Below are positions 37,905-47,485 of a stretch of 62,070 bases of DNA, piece after piece. The DNA is from Deltaproteobacteria bacterium (lineage in GTDB: Bacteria; Myxococcota_A; UBA9160; UBA6930), in NCBI GenBank assembly GCA_019312665.1, contig JAFDCZ010000002.1, forward strand, positions 1 through 62,070, in the 5' to 3' direction. The translations under genes and the position numbers were made by a program. The first letter of the stretch is position 1; the number at the start of each line of letters is the position of its first letter. The notes under the pieces are model-generated. The model ran no database searches and was not told the DNA's origin. It worked only from the letters and a program-made list of their open reading frames with translations.

Positions 37905-40900
37905 CTACCAGGTATCGATGCAAGGGCGTTTCTTGCCGGTTCGAGGCACTGGCGGCGGGGCCGAGCGGAGGGCACGCATCACCCAGGTTCGGGATTCTGC
38001 CGGGTCGATGACATCGTCGATCTCGAAGGTCGACGCGGTGTTGAGAGCCTTCCCGTGCTCGTACATGCGGGCGACCATCTCGTCGTAGAGCGCACGGCGC
38101 TTGTCGGGATCTTCTTCGGCGGCCAGCTCCTTGCGGAAGCCGAGCTTCACCGCACCTTCGAGGCCCATTCCTCCGAACTCGCCCGTGGGCCAGGCCACCG
38201 TGAAGACACCGGCCTTGAAGCTGCCACCCGCCATCGCCTGGGCGCCCAGGCCATAGCCTTTGCGCAGGACGATCGTGAAGAAGGGCACGCTCACGCTGGC
38301 CGCGGTCACGAACATGCGGCTCGCGTGGCGAACCAGGGCCGTCTTCTCTGCTTCGGGCCCGACCATGATGCCGGGCGTGTCGCAAAGAAACAGGATCGGC
38401 AGATCGAATGCATCACAGAGCTGCATGAATCGCGCGGCCTTGTCGGCACCATCGCTATCGATGGCACCCGCCAGATGGGTCGGGTTGTTCGCGATGATGC
38501 CGAGCGGGCGACCCTCCACCCGCGCCAGAGCCGTGACCATGCCGGCGCCGAAGCCCCGGCGTATCTCGAGCACCGAGCCCGTGTCGGCCATGGTCTCGAT
38601 GACCTCGCGCACATCGTAGATGCGCAGCCGGTTCTCCGGAATCGCGCTGCGTAGCAGGCGCTGATCGGCACACTCCCACTCGGCCAGCGGACCCTGGAAA
38701 TAGGAGAGGTACTGCTTGGCCACCTGCACGGCCTCGGCTTCATCGACAACGGGGATGTCGACCACCCCGCTCGGCACCTGGTCGGACATCGGGCCGACTT
38801 CCTCGGGTCGGAACACACCGAGGCCGCCGCCTTCGATCATCGCCGGGCCCCCCATTCCGATGTTCGAACCCTCGGTCGCAATCACGACATCGCAGCAGCC
38901 CAGAAGCGCTGCGTTGCCCGCAAAACAACGCCCCGACGTGATGCCCACCAGCGGCACGAGCCCCGACAAACGCGCAAAGAAATGGAAGGCCATGCAATCG
39001 AGACCCGCCACGCCTATTCCGTCCGTATCGCCGGGCCGGCCGCCTCCGCCTTCCGTCAGGAAGACCAGCGGGATCCGCAGGCTCTCGGCCAGCTCGAACA
39101 TGCGGTCCTTCTTGCGGTGGTTCTGCAGGCCCTGGGTGCCGGCCAGCACGGTGTAGTCGTAGGAGAGGGCCACGCAGCGCGAGGCCTGCTCCCCGAAGTG
39201 ATCGCCGTTCACGCTGCCGATGCCCGCCACCATGCCGTCTGCCGGGGTGCGTCGAATCAGATCCTCGAGGCTTCGCCGACGGCGCTGGGCCGCGATGACG
39301 ACCGCGCCGTACTCGACGAAGGAACCCGGATCGCAGAGATCCTCCACGTTCTCGCGCGCGGTTCGCTGCCCGGTCTTGCGCCGGCGAGCCACCGCCTCGG
39401 GGCGCGCCGGATCGAGACCCAACGCGTGGCGCTCCTGGATCTCGGCCAGATCCGGACGCACGTGATCGAGATCGATGGCTTCCGGTTCCTCACCGGCCTC
39501 GCGATCGACCTCGGCTTCTTCGAGGAACAGAAGCGGGTGGCCCTCCAGGACCGTGTCCCCCGGAGCGACCGCCAGGGCCCGTACGATTCCGCTGCGGTCG
39601 GCTGCGATGACGTGCTCCATCTTCATCGCCTCCATCACCAGCAGCGGTTGGTCGCGGGCGATGGCGTCACCGACGGCGACATCCACGCTGACGATGGTGC
39701 CCTGGAGAGGCGCGGGCACAGGCTGGGTGCCCGGCGGTCCAGCGGCCAACGGCGCGGGCCCAACCGGGGCACCGCCAGCTTGACTCACGGCGACAGGCAC
39801 CCCCTTGCCATGCTCCAGCACGGCCAGGGGGTCGTTGCTTTCGAGACGAACGCCAGCGTGCCCGGTTTCGGCCACTTGGCGTGGAGACGTGGTCGTGGGT
39901 ATCGCGGCCAACAGTTCCGGAAGGTGGGCTTCGACGAAGCGCGTCGTCACCCGGTTCGCGCGGACATCGGGATGCGCCAACAGGCTTCGAAGCAGTGGCA
40001 GATTGGTGCGCACACCTTCGATCCGGAACTCGCCCAACCCGCGAAGAGCTCTCGCGACGACTGCGTCGAAATCTCCCGAAGGGGAATGAGCAACGAGCTT
40101 CGCCAGCAGCGAATCGAAACGTGGGTTCGTGGCGTAGCCAGCGTAGCCGTAGCCATCCACCCGGATGCCCGGGCCCGCAGGCGGTTCATAGACCGCCAGC
40201 ACACCTCCCGATGGCCGCACGCTGCCATCCTCGGCGAGCGTCTCCAGGTTGACCCGCGCCTGGAGCGCGAAGCCGCGGGGCGTGGGCACCTCTTCCTGAC
40301 GAAGCTTCAAGTCTGCCAGGCTTGCGCCACCGGCGATGCGAAGCTGGGCGGCCACGAGATCCACCCCGGTCACCTCTTCGGTCACGGTATGCTCCACCTG
40401 CAGCCTGGGGTTGGCTTCGATGAATGCCCATTCGTCCTCCGCGTCCAACAGGAACTCGAAGGTGCCAAGGCTGCGGTAGCCGACCTCCCGGGCCATGCGG
40501 ACCGCGGCCTCGGCCAGTTGGGCGCGCACCGATTCCGGGAGCGTCGGACTCGGGGCGATCTCGATCAGCTTCTGGTGCCGCCGCTGCAGGCTGCACTCGC
40601 GTTCGCCGAGTTGCGCGATACCACCCTGCCCGTCCCCGATGATCTGGATCTCGAGATGGCGCGCAACGGGCACCAGGCATTCGACGTAGAGAGCATCGTT
40701 GCCGAACGCCGCACCGGCCTCGGATGCGCAGCGCGCCCACGCTGCCTCCAGGGCTTCCGGGCTGTGCGCGGGACGCATCCCTCGACCCCCTCCCCCGGCA
40801 AGCGCCTTGATCATGACCTTTCCACCCTCACCGAACGAAGCCAGGAACGCCTGCGCCTCCTCCAAGCGGGTCGGGCCGCGGGTCCCGGCCAGGACGGGAA

Positions 40901-41273
40901 CGCCGCAGCGCTCGGCCAATGCACGCGCCGCCGTCTTGTCGCCAAGCGCGCGCAGGGTTTCCGGCCGCGGGCCGACCCAGGTGATGCCCGCGTCTTCGCA
41001 GGCTTGCGCAAGCTCGGGGCTCTCGCTCAGCAACCCATAACCAGGGTGGAGTGCGTCGCAGCCGGTCTCGTGTGCCGCGGCGACGAGGGCCTCGGCATCC
41101 AGGTATGCTGCTGGCCCGGCCCCCGACAGCGTGTGCGTTTCATCGGCCAGGCGCAGGTGAAAGCTCGCCGCGTCGTCCGGTGACGCGATCGCGACCGCCT
41201 CGATCCCGAGTTCCCCGGCGGCCCGGAGCACGCGCACGGCGACTTCGCCGCGATTCGCGACCAGGAGCTTCAC
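37905..41273 (-). CDS. Single-chain acyl-CoA carboxylase (biotin carboxylase-BCCP-carboxyltransferase fusion)
   Basis: ANRGE, HPGYG, RECSLQRRHQK, NPRLQVEH (BC); EAMKM biotin site; YDYTVLAGTQG and DTPGIMVG (CT). Confidence 0.93.
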   Translation of the reverse strand: MKLLVANRGEVAVRVLRAAGELGIEAVAIASPDDAASFHLRLADETHTLSGAGPAAYLDAEALVAAAHETGCDALHPGYGLLSESPELAQACEDAGITWVGPRPETLRALGDKTAARALAERCGVPVLAGTRGPTRLEEAQAFLASFGEGGKVMIKALAGGGGRGMRPAHSPEALEAAWARCASEAGAAFGNDALYVECLVPVARHLEIQIIGDGQGGIAQLGERECSLQRRHQKLIEIAPSPTLPESVRAQLAEAAVRMAREVGYRSLGTFEFLLDAEDEWAFIEANPRLQVEHTVTEEVTGVDLVAAQLRIAGGASLADLKLRQEEVPTPRGFALQARVNLETLAEDGSVRPSGGVLAVYEPPAGPGIRVDGYGYAGYATNPRFDSLLAKLVAHSPSGDFDAVVARALRGLGEFRIEGVRTNLPLLRSLLAHPDVRANRVTTRFVEAHLPELLAAIPTTTSPRQVAETGHAGVRLESNDPLAVLEHGKGVPVAVSQAGGAPVGPAPLAAGPPGTQPVPAPLQGTIVSVDVAVGDAIARDQPLLVMEAMKMEHVIAADRSGIVRALAVAPGDTVLEGHPLLFLEEAEVDREAGEEPEAIDLDHVRPDLAEIQERHALGLDPARPEAVARRRKTGQRTARENVEDLCDPGSFVEYGAVVIAAQRRRRSLEDLIRRTPADGMVAGIGSVNGDHFGEQASRCVALSYDYTVLAGTQGLQNHRKKDRMFELAESLRIPLVFLTEGGGGRPGDTDGIGVAGLDCMAFHFFARLSGLVPLVGITSGRCFAGNAALLGCCDVVIATEGSNIGMGGPAMIEGGGLGVFRPEEVGPMSDQVPSGVVDIPVVDEAEAVQVAKQYLSYFQGPLAEWECADQRLLRSAIPENRLRIYDVREVIETMADTGSVLEIRRGFGAGMVTALARVEGRPLGIIANNPTHLAGAIDSDGADKAARFMQLCDAFDLPILFLCDTPGIMVGPEAEKTALVRHASRMFVTAASVSVPFFTIVLRKGYGLGAQAMAGGSFKAGVFTVAWPTGEFGGMGLEGAVKLGFRKELAAEEDPDKRRALYDEMVARMYEHGKALNTASTFEIDDVIDPAESRTWVMRALRSAPPPVPRTGKKRPCIDTW

Positions 41274-41285
41274 GATGCTAGGCCG

Positions 41286-42155
41286 TCACGCCTTGGCGTC
41301 ACGCCGTTTGTTCATCAGCGCGATGATCGGCGAAGGCTCGGCAGGATGCCATTTCGTCTGCTTGGGATCCTCGTGCCAGACGAAGGGCAGATGTTCCACG
41401 GTGCCGGGTTCCTGGGCCGACTCGAAGAGGCTGAGGGCCGCGCGCAGAACGCTCCCCTGGGTCTCGCGGTCGCCCACATCACCGAAGGGCCGCCCAAACG
41501 GATGCTCGATCGCCGCGACCCGCGGCATGCCGATGGCCCGCTGAAGCGGCCACAACATGTTCAGTGTCACGGTCGGGATGCCCCGTGCCTCGATCTCTCG
41601 TGCGACCAGCCCCACGGACCGGCAACAATCGGGTCAGACCGGCGTGAGGAGCGCAAGGTCGACCTCCTCGCTGAGCATGGCCTCCGCGATCTCCGGGGCA
41701 CTCTTCTCGACCAGGGTGCTGGAATCGCTGCCCTGGAAGCCCATGATCGAGTAGTGGCTCTCGGCGCTCGCGCCGACCTTGCCCTCGTCCACGAGCTCGC
41801 GAAGCCGATCGACCGGAAGCGACACGTTCAGATCTCGCTCGACGTAGCCCGTATCGATGTGCAGATGGTTCGCCTCGATCCCTGCTCCCGTCGCGTCGGA
41901 ACGCAACCGCCGCCAGCTCGAATCGCCCCGGGTCGGATGCTGACGCTCGTACTCCATGTCGAAGGGGACGTCGCCCTTCATCGAGAGCCCCGATGTCGAC
42001 AGGAGCGAAACTTTCGATTCGGCAAGGGGCTTGGTCGCCGGCGTCCACGGGATCGGCGGGTGATTCGCCTGCTCCGGAATCCCTCGGGAGAGGATCTTCT
42101 CGAGGAACGAGCCGGTGAATCGCCAGGGGTCGACTTCGCGTTGGGAATCACTCAT
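41286..42155 (-). CDS. PrdB/GrdB-family (proline/glycine reductase selenoprotein B-like) selenoprotein, Sec at UGA 41634-41636, 289 aa
   Basis: Two track ORFs are in the same frame and separated only by a TGA and five codons: ...VDLALLTPV-U-PDCCRSVGLVAREIEARGIPTV.... The N-half has the PrdB-type motifs KPLAESKVSLLSTSG, GDSSWR and DLNVSLPVDRLREL. A SECIS-like hairpin follows the TGA. Confidence 0.9.
41591..41633 (-). other. Bacterial SECIS-like element
   Basis: After UGA: CCCGAU-UGU-U-GCCGGUCC-GUG-GGGCUGGU-C-GCA-CGAGAG-AUCG. The 8-bp upper stem has a G-initiated apical loop 18 nt after UGA. Confidence 0.7.
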
Positions 42156-42228
42156 CGCCAGAAGCTAACACGGCGCCGTCCGATCCGTCCCAGACCTCCG
42201 ACTTCCGCCAGCGGCTCGTCGGTGACGG

Positions 42229-42675
42229 CTACGTGAGGATGGAGATGGCCGAGGTCACGGCCATCCAGACCGTGATCCCGAAGCCAATCGACCAGACCGC
42301 CGTGCGATGGGGCATCAACCCCTTCATGTAGGCGACGAGATGCAAGATGCGTCCGATCGGAAAGCCCGCGAAGCAGATCCACAATCCGAGGGTGCTCGGC
42401 TGGGTCAGGGCGTAGATGAGGCCCACCAGCACGAAAGGCAGCCCCGCTTCCAGATCGTTCAGATGCACGCGCCGCGCGCGCTCGACTTGATCATCCGTAG
42501 CCGTCTGCGGCTCGAGCTTCTGCAACTCGTAGTCCTCGGGCGAGCTGAAGACGTTCTTTCGGATTCGGATCGAACTGACGAGCATGCCCGTGGCAAGCGT
42601 CTTGAGTGCGACCACGATGGACGAAAGGGCCCAGGCCTTGATGGCGGCGTTCGAGAGAAACTCTTCCAAGAGCAT
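42229..42675 (-). CDS. MAPEG family membrane protein (microsomal GST-like)
   Basis: FSSPED, VERARRVHLNDLE, GRILH. GGAGG SD and TGcTAGCGT extended -10. Confidence 0.9.
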   Translation of the reverse strand: MLLEEFLSNAAIKAWALSSIVVALKTLATGMLVSSIRIRKNVFSSPEDYELQKLEPQTATDDQVERARRVHLNDLEAGLPFVLVGLIYALTQPSTLGLWICFAGFPIGRILHLVAYMKGLMPHRTAVWSIGFGITVWMAVTSAISILT

Positions 42676-42776
42676 GGCTTCCTCCTGCTGGAGGCGACGC
42701 TAGCACGGGCTCCCGAGACAGGAGGGCCCTGGGGCATTGGGTAAACCTCGCCCCCGATCCTGCCGATCAGGAGGCC

Positions 42777-43558
42777 ATGGAGCATTCCCCCGAGCGGCGC
42801 CGAGAGCCTCGCTTGGCCGTAGACGCGGATGTGTGGATTCTGGGCTGGACCGGCCTGAGGAGAGGCCGCCTGGGCGACGCTTCCTCGGCCTCTCTCGGAA
42901 TCGCGCTTCGAGGACGCGCGCCTGCGCGGGGCACTCGCGTTCTGGTCTTCCTGCCCACCCCCCGGAAGCTCCGATGGCCCGCCGTTCTTCTGGCCCGGGT
43001 CGTGCATCGGGATGAGAACCTGGGCGTGGCGTTCACCTCGATTCCCCGAGGCGCCCGACCGTGGCTCCGGAGATTGATCGAGAGCGCCAGCCCTGGAGAC
43101 ACCCGTGGCGCGGCGGAACGGATCGTACCCGAGAACGCCGAGACGATCGGCGACAATACGAGGAACGCCTGACGGCCCTCTCCGATCGGACCCCGCATCT
43201 GCTGGTTGCCCGCGACCTCTCGGCCGAAGGCCTCCGGGTGGATCTCCTCCACTGGGCCGAAATCGGTAGCGAGCTGCGCATCTCGTTCCCGGTGCCCGGA
43301 GCCGGCCCGCCGATCGCGGTTGCCGCGCGCGTGGCGCGACACGATGGCGCCCACGGAACCCTTCTGCGCTTCGAAGCCATCGTACCGGAACAGCGCGACG
43401 CCATCGGGCGCCTTCTCACGCTGCTCCACCCCCTCCCCGATGGACGTCGGGAAGGGGTTGCCCTCGCTGAAGTGGCCTGGCGTCAGGCCGTCGGCGCGGC
43501 CTGCGGACCGCGTACGAGCCCGCCGGGCAATGCACCGGTCGGCTCGCCGTCCTCGTAG
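42777..43558 (+). pseudogene. Tandem PilZ protein split by a frameshift (~43085-43125)
   Basis: Frame 1: ERRREPR...DASSAS...ARVVH...LGVAF. Frame 2: ERRDDRR...DLSAEG...ARVAR...LLRF. The second frame has no SD. Confidence 0.6.
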
Positions 43559-45198
43559 ATGATCTCACCGTTCTTGATGGTGTAGCGGTAGCCGTCGACC
43601 TTCTGGATCAGGCGACGTCCGTTGGCGGGCAGGTCGTAGACCATCTCCGGTGCGTGCAGATGCAGAGCGTCGAAATCGATCAGGTTCACGTCGGCACGCA
43701 TCCCGGGTGCGAGCGTTCCGCGATCCTCCATCCCGTAGAACGCGGCGGTGCGGCGCGTCTGGCGTTCCACCACGACCTCGAGCGGAATCCGCTCGCCGCG
43801 CTTCCGGTCGCGCACCCAATGTGTGAGCAGGAAACTGGGCATGCTGGCATCGCAGATCAGACCGCAATGAGCACCACCATCCGAGAGTCCGAATACGGAA
43901 TTCTCGTGAAGCATCATCTGCCGGATCGGCTCCAGATCGCCGTTCGCGTAGCCAAGCAACGGCATGTAGATGAAGCCACCGGCGAGCATGAGGTCGTAGG
44001 CCACTTCATCGGGGCTGCAGCCTTTGCGTTTCGCGATGGCCGCCAGGCTCTGGTCCGGTGCCGGTTCGTATTCCGGCGGATCGCCCAGGGGAAACATCAT
44101 CTGCCAGGCACCTGCGATCACGGCCGTGATCGCAGGCAGGCCCACGAGATTCGGCTCATCCGCCAGAATGGCTTCGCGCACGGCCGGCTCCGCCAGCTTT
44201 CGAAGCCTCTCCTCACGCGGGAGCGCGGCATGGGCCGCGAAAGCCTTGCGCAGCATGAAGGGGTGGAAGCTGCTCTCGAAGCCGAGCAGCATGCCCGCCG
44301 GCCGTTGCGCCACCTGGGGTGTCAGGTGGCCGCCTTCGGCCCGATCCTCGTCGACCACCGCCAGGAGTCGTTTCCATTGATCGGGATCGGCCGGGCTTTG
44401 GAGACAAGCAAAGGTCACCGGACGACCGGTCTCTTTGCCGAGCTGGCGCATCCAGCGCAGCTCGTCGCCTTCGGGCGCGAGATCGCTCGCCACCTCGAAC
44501 ACGCCATGCCCCACTTCACCTAGCATGCGGCCGATGCCGAGCACTTCTTCGTCCTCGGCGGTGGTACCGGGAACCAGTTCGCCGTCCTTGGCCCGATGCA
44601 ATAGCGTCCGGGAAGTCGAGAAGCCGAGGGCGCCAGCCTCGAGACCTTCCTTCACGATCGCCGCCATTTCGGCGATCTCCCCGCTCGTCGCCTTCTCGTT
44701 CTTCGCACCGCGCTCGCCCATCACATAGGCGCGCACCGCACCGTGGGGAACCTGGGCCGCCACGTCGATTGCGCGGGGAATCTTCTCCACGGCGTCCAGG
44801 TACTCGGGAAAGCTCTCCCACGACCAGTCGATGCCTTCCGCCAAGGCCGTGCCCGGGATGTCCTCGACTCCCTCCATCAACTGAATCAGGAAATCCTGTT
44901 GGCCCGGTCGCACCGGCGCAAAGCCGACGCCACAATTTCCCATGACGAGGGTCGTCACACCGTTCCAGCCCGAGGGCGTGAGATAAGGATCCCAGGTCAC
45001 CTGGCCGTCGTAGTGGGTATGGATGTCGACCCAGCCGGGCGTGACGAGCAAGCCTGTGGCGTCGATCTCGCGCTTGGCGGGGCCGACGTCGTTGCCAACC
45101 GCGACGATGCGATCACCTTGGATGGCCACGTCGGCCTGGCGCGCCTCGGCGCCTGTGCCATCTACGACGGTGCCACCGCGAATCACGAGATCATGCAT
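43483..45198 (-). CDS. N-acyl-D-amino-acid deacylase family amidohydrolase (paralog of 17914-19671)
   Basis: [33 protein letters not shown]. Confidence 0.9.
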   Translation of the reverse strand: MHDLVIRGGTVVDGTGAEARQADVAIQGDRIVAVGNDVGPAKREIDATGLLVTPGWVDIHTHYDGQVTWDPYLTPSGWNGVTTLVMGNCGVGFAPVRPGQQDFLIQLMEGVEDIPGTALAEGIDWSWESFPEYLDAVEKIPRAIDVAAQVPHGAVRAYVMGERGAKNEKATSGEIAEMAAIVKEGLEAGALGFSTSRTLLHRAKDGELVPGTTAEDEEVLGIGRMLGEVGHGVFEVASDLAPEGDELRWMRQLGKETGRPVTFACLQSPADPDQWKRLLAVVDEDRAEGGHLTPQVAQRPAGMLLGFESSFHPFMLRKAFAAHAALPREERLRKLAEPAVREAILADEPNLVGLPAITAVIAGAWQMMFPLGDPPEYEPAPDQSLAAIAKRKGCSPDEVAYDLMLAGGFIYMPLLGYANGDLEPIRQMMLHENSVFGLSDGGAHCGLICDASMPSFLLTHWVRDRKRGERIPLEVVVERQTRRTAAFYGMEDRGTLAPGMRADVNLIDFDALHLHAPEMVYDLPANGRRLIQKVDGYRYTIKNGEIIYEDGEPTGALPGGLVRGPQAAPTA

Positions 45199-45262
45199 CA
45201 GAACCTCCTCTGCCTTCGGGATGGGCCGACCCTATCACAGCAGAGATCCGCCCACTCAGATG

Positions 45263-47425
45263 TCAATCGGCGGCTTCGATCCTGACCGGGACGCCGTTGA
45301 AGACGGCATTTCCCACCACGGGCTCCAGAACCGCATCATCGACGAGATCGTTGCAAGACACACCGGGATGGGCCTCGGCCACGGCCATGCGCAGGCCCGG
45401 GCCGTGATGCCCCCAGCCATGAGGCAAGCTCACGACACCGGGCATGAGGTCGGAGGAGAGCTCGAGAGGTGCCTCGATCTTCCCGACGCGACTCGAGATG
45501 CGCACGGTCTGTTCATCCGCGAGGCCGAGCTTGGAAGCGTCGTCCGGGTGCATCAGCAAGGTGCAGCGCTCCCGGCCCTTCGTTCCAACCCGCGTGTTGT
45601 GGATCCAGGTGTTGCAGGTACGAACGTCGCGGCGTCCGATCAAGCGGAAGCTCTCCTGTTCGGAAGGCGCTGCCAGCTCATTGGCCAACCTCGTGAGTTC
45701 ATCGCGCATCGCAGTCGGCGCCAGGTCGATGCGGCCATCCGGGGTACACAGGATCCTGTCAAGGCCGGGCCCGAGAGGCCCGAAATCGATGCCGCTCGGG
45801 CTGGCCTCGAGATCGCGCAGGCGAAGTCCGCTCCGCCAGGGGCGGAAACCATCTCCGTGGGGGCCCGCACGCAGGGCCAGATCGAGCAACGTACGGACGC
45901 TCGGAACACGACCTCGAAGGAGTCCGAGCGCGAACTTTCGCAACGCGCCACCCTTGCGCGCGCCGAGGCGCAAGCCGAGTTCCGCCAGCAGTTCGAAATC
46001 ATCGAGCTGGCCCGGCTCGGGTGAGAGCGCCGCCGGTGAGAACTTTGCGGTGTTGCGAATGGCGAAGCCATGGAACAGCGCTTCGTAGTTGTCGTGTTCC
46101 AGCGACCAGCTCGGCGGCAGGATGAGATCCGCGTGCCGGGTCGTCTCGTTCAGGTAGAAATCGACAGCGGCGTAGAACGAGAGGCCTTGCATGGCTCGGC
46201 CGAGGCGGGCGCCGTTCGGTGCGCTCAGCACAGGGTTCCCCGCGACCGTGATCAACCCGCGAACCTGGCCTTGACCTGGCGCCTCGATCTCCTCGGCAAG
46301 ACAGGCCGTGGGCATGTCCCCGTTGAAGATAGGCGCGCCGCGCACGCGGGTCCTGCCCGTGTTGAGCTCCCCCGTACCCCCCTGAGCAGAAATCATTCCT
46401 GCCAGGTCCAAAGCAGGATGCGGAAACATCGCACCGCCCACTCGATCGAGATTGCCCGTCAACAGGTTGAGGACATCGACCAGCCAACTGTTGAGTGTGC
46501 CGAAGGGATGGACACAGGTTCCAATGCGGCCGTAGCAAACGGCTGAAGGCGCGGCCGCGAAAGCCCGCGCCAGCGCGCGGACCCGGCCCGCATCGATCCC
46601 GAGGGTCGCTTCGACGGCCTCGGGGGCGAAGGGCGCGAGCGTTTCTGCAAGCGCCTCCCTTCCATCCGTGCGGGCGCCGGCGGGGCTCTCCCTGCCCAGT
46701 TTCTCGTCCAGCACCGTATGAACCAGCGCCGCGAGCAACCAACCGTCGGCACCCGGGCGAATGAACCAATGCTCGTCCGCGAGCTTGGCGGTCTCGCTGC
46801 GCCGCGGGTCGACCACGACCAGGCGACCGCCGCGCTCCTGGAGCCGGCGGATCGTTCCAGAGAAGCGCGGTGCAGACATCAGGCTTCCGCCGGAAACCAC
46901 CGGATTGGCGCCTAGCATCAACATGAACGAGGTGCGTTCCACGTCGGGAATCGGCAAGTGCAGCCAGTGCCCGAAGAGCAGCAAGGACGAGGCGTGCTTC
47001 GGGTTCTGATCGAGAGAGCTCGCCGAGTAGCGGCTGCGCGTGCCAAGCGCCCTGGTGAAGGGTGTAAGCCCGAACAGAATCCCGAAGCTATGGGCCGCGG
47101 GGTTTCCGACGTAGAGGGCGACCGCGTCGTCGCCATGCTTGCGCTGGATTCCCGCGATTCGCTCGGCGGTTTCCTCGAGCGCTGCTTCCCAGGAGATCTC
47201 CTCCCAATCCGCACCTCGCCGGCGGAGCGGCTTCTTCAACCGGTCCGGATCGTTCTGGATCTCGCCGAGAGCAATGGCCTTGGGGCAAAGCGCGCCGCGA
47301 CTGTAGGGATCGTCCGGATCCCCCTCGATGCGCTTGATTTCGCAGCCCTGCACCTCGATTCGCAGCCCGCACATGGCCTCGCAGAGGTTGCAGGTCTTGT
47401 GCACGATCCGAGCGGCTTCCCTCAC
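45263..47425 (-). CDS. Molybdopterin (bis-MGD) oxidoreductase catalytic subunit
   Basis: N-terminal CNLCEAMC...C [4Fe-4S] motif; NETTRHADLILP; C-terminal MHPDDA...SLPHGWG. No Tat signal. Confidence 0.9.
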   Translation of the reverse strand: MREAARIVHKTCNLCEAMCGLRIEVQGCEIKRIEGDPDDPYSRGALCPKAIALGEIQNDPDRLKKPLRRRGADWEEISWEAALEETAERIAGIQRKHGDDAVALYVGNPAAHSFGILFGLTPFTRALGTRSRYSASSLDQNPKHASSLLLFGHWLHLPIPDVERTSFMLMLGANPVVSGGSLMSAPRFSGTIRRLQERGGRLVVVDPRRSETAKLADEHWFIRPGADGWLLAALVHTVLDEKLGRESPAGARTDGREALAETLAPFAPEAVEATLGIDAGRVRALARAFAAAPSAVCYGRIGTCVHPFGTLNSWLVDVLNLLTGNLDRVGGAMFPHPALDLAGMISAQGGTGELNTGRTRVRGAPIFNGDMPTACLAEEIEAPGQGQVRGLITVAGNPVLSAPNGARLGRAMQGLSFYAAVDFYLNETTRHADLILPPSWSLEHDNYEALFHGFAIRNTAKFSPAALSPEPGQLDDFELLAELGLRLGARKGGALRKFALGLLRGRVPSVRTLLDLALRAGPHGDGFRPWRSGLRLRDLEASPSGIDFGPLGPGLDRILCTPDGRIDLAPTAMRDELTRLANELAAPSEQESFRLIGRRDVRTCNTWIHNTRVGTKGRERCTLLMHPDDASKLGLADEQTVRISSRVGKIEAPLELSSDLMPGVVSLPHGWGHHGPGLRMAVAEAHPGVSCNDLVDDAVLEPVVGNAVFNGVPVRIEAAD

Positions 47426-47485
47426 GATCCCAGGCTAGCAGGACCCCACCCAAGCGAGGCATGCTCCCCCGCGGAGGAAACCACC

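Noticed and set aside
21509-41183. Long antisense ORFs (e.g. 21509-23221, 23890-25683, 38982-41183, 15157-16479)
   Set aside because: They are shadow frames of recognisable genes on the other strand, expected at high GC, and show no motifs.
41275-41280. TAGCAT as a leaderless promoter for the carboxylase
   Set aside because: It is only 1 nt from the GTG, so transcription would start inside the CDS.
41286-42155. Naming the selenoprotein prdB or grdB
   Set aside because: Family membership is clear, but the partner subunits are absent from the window and the function is unproven.
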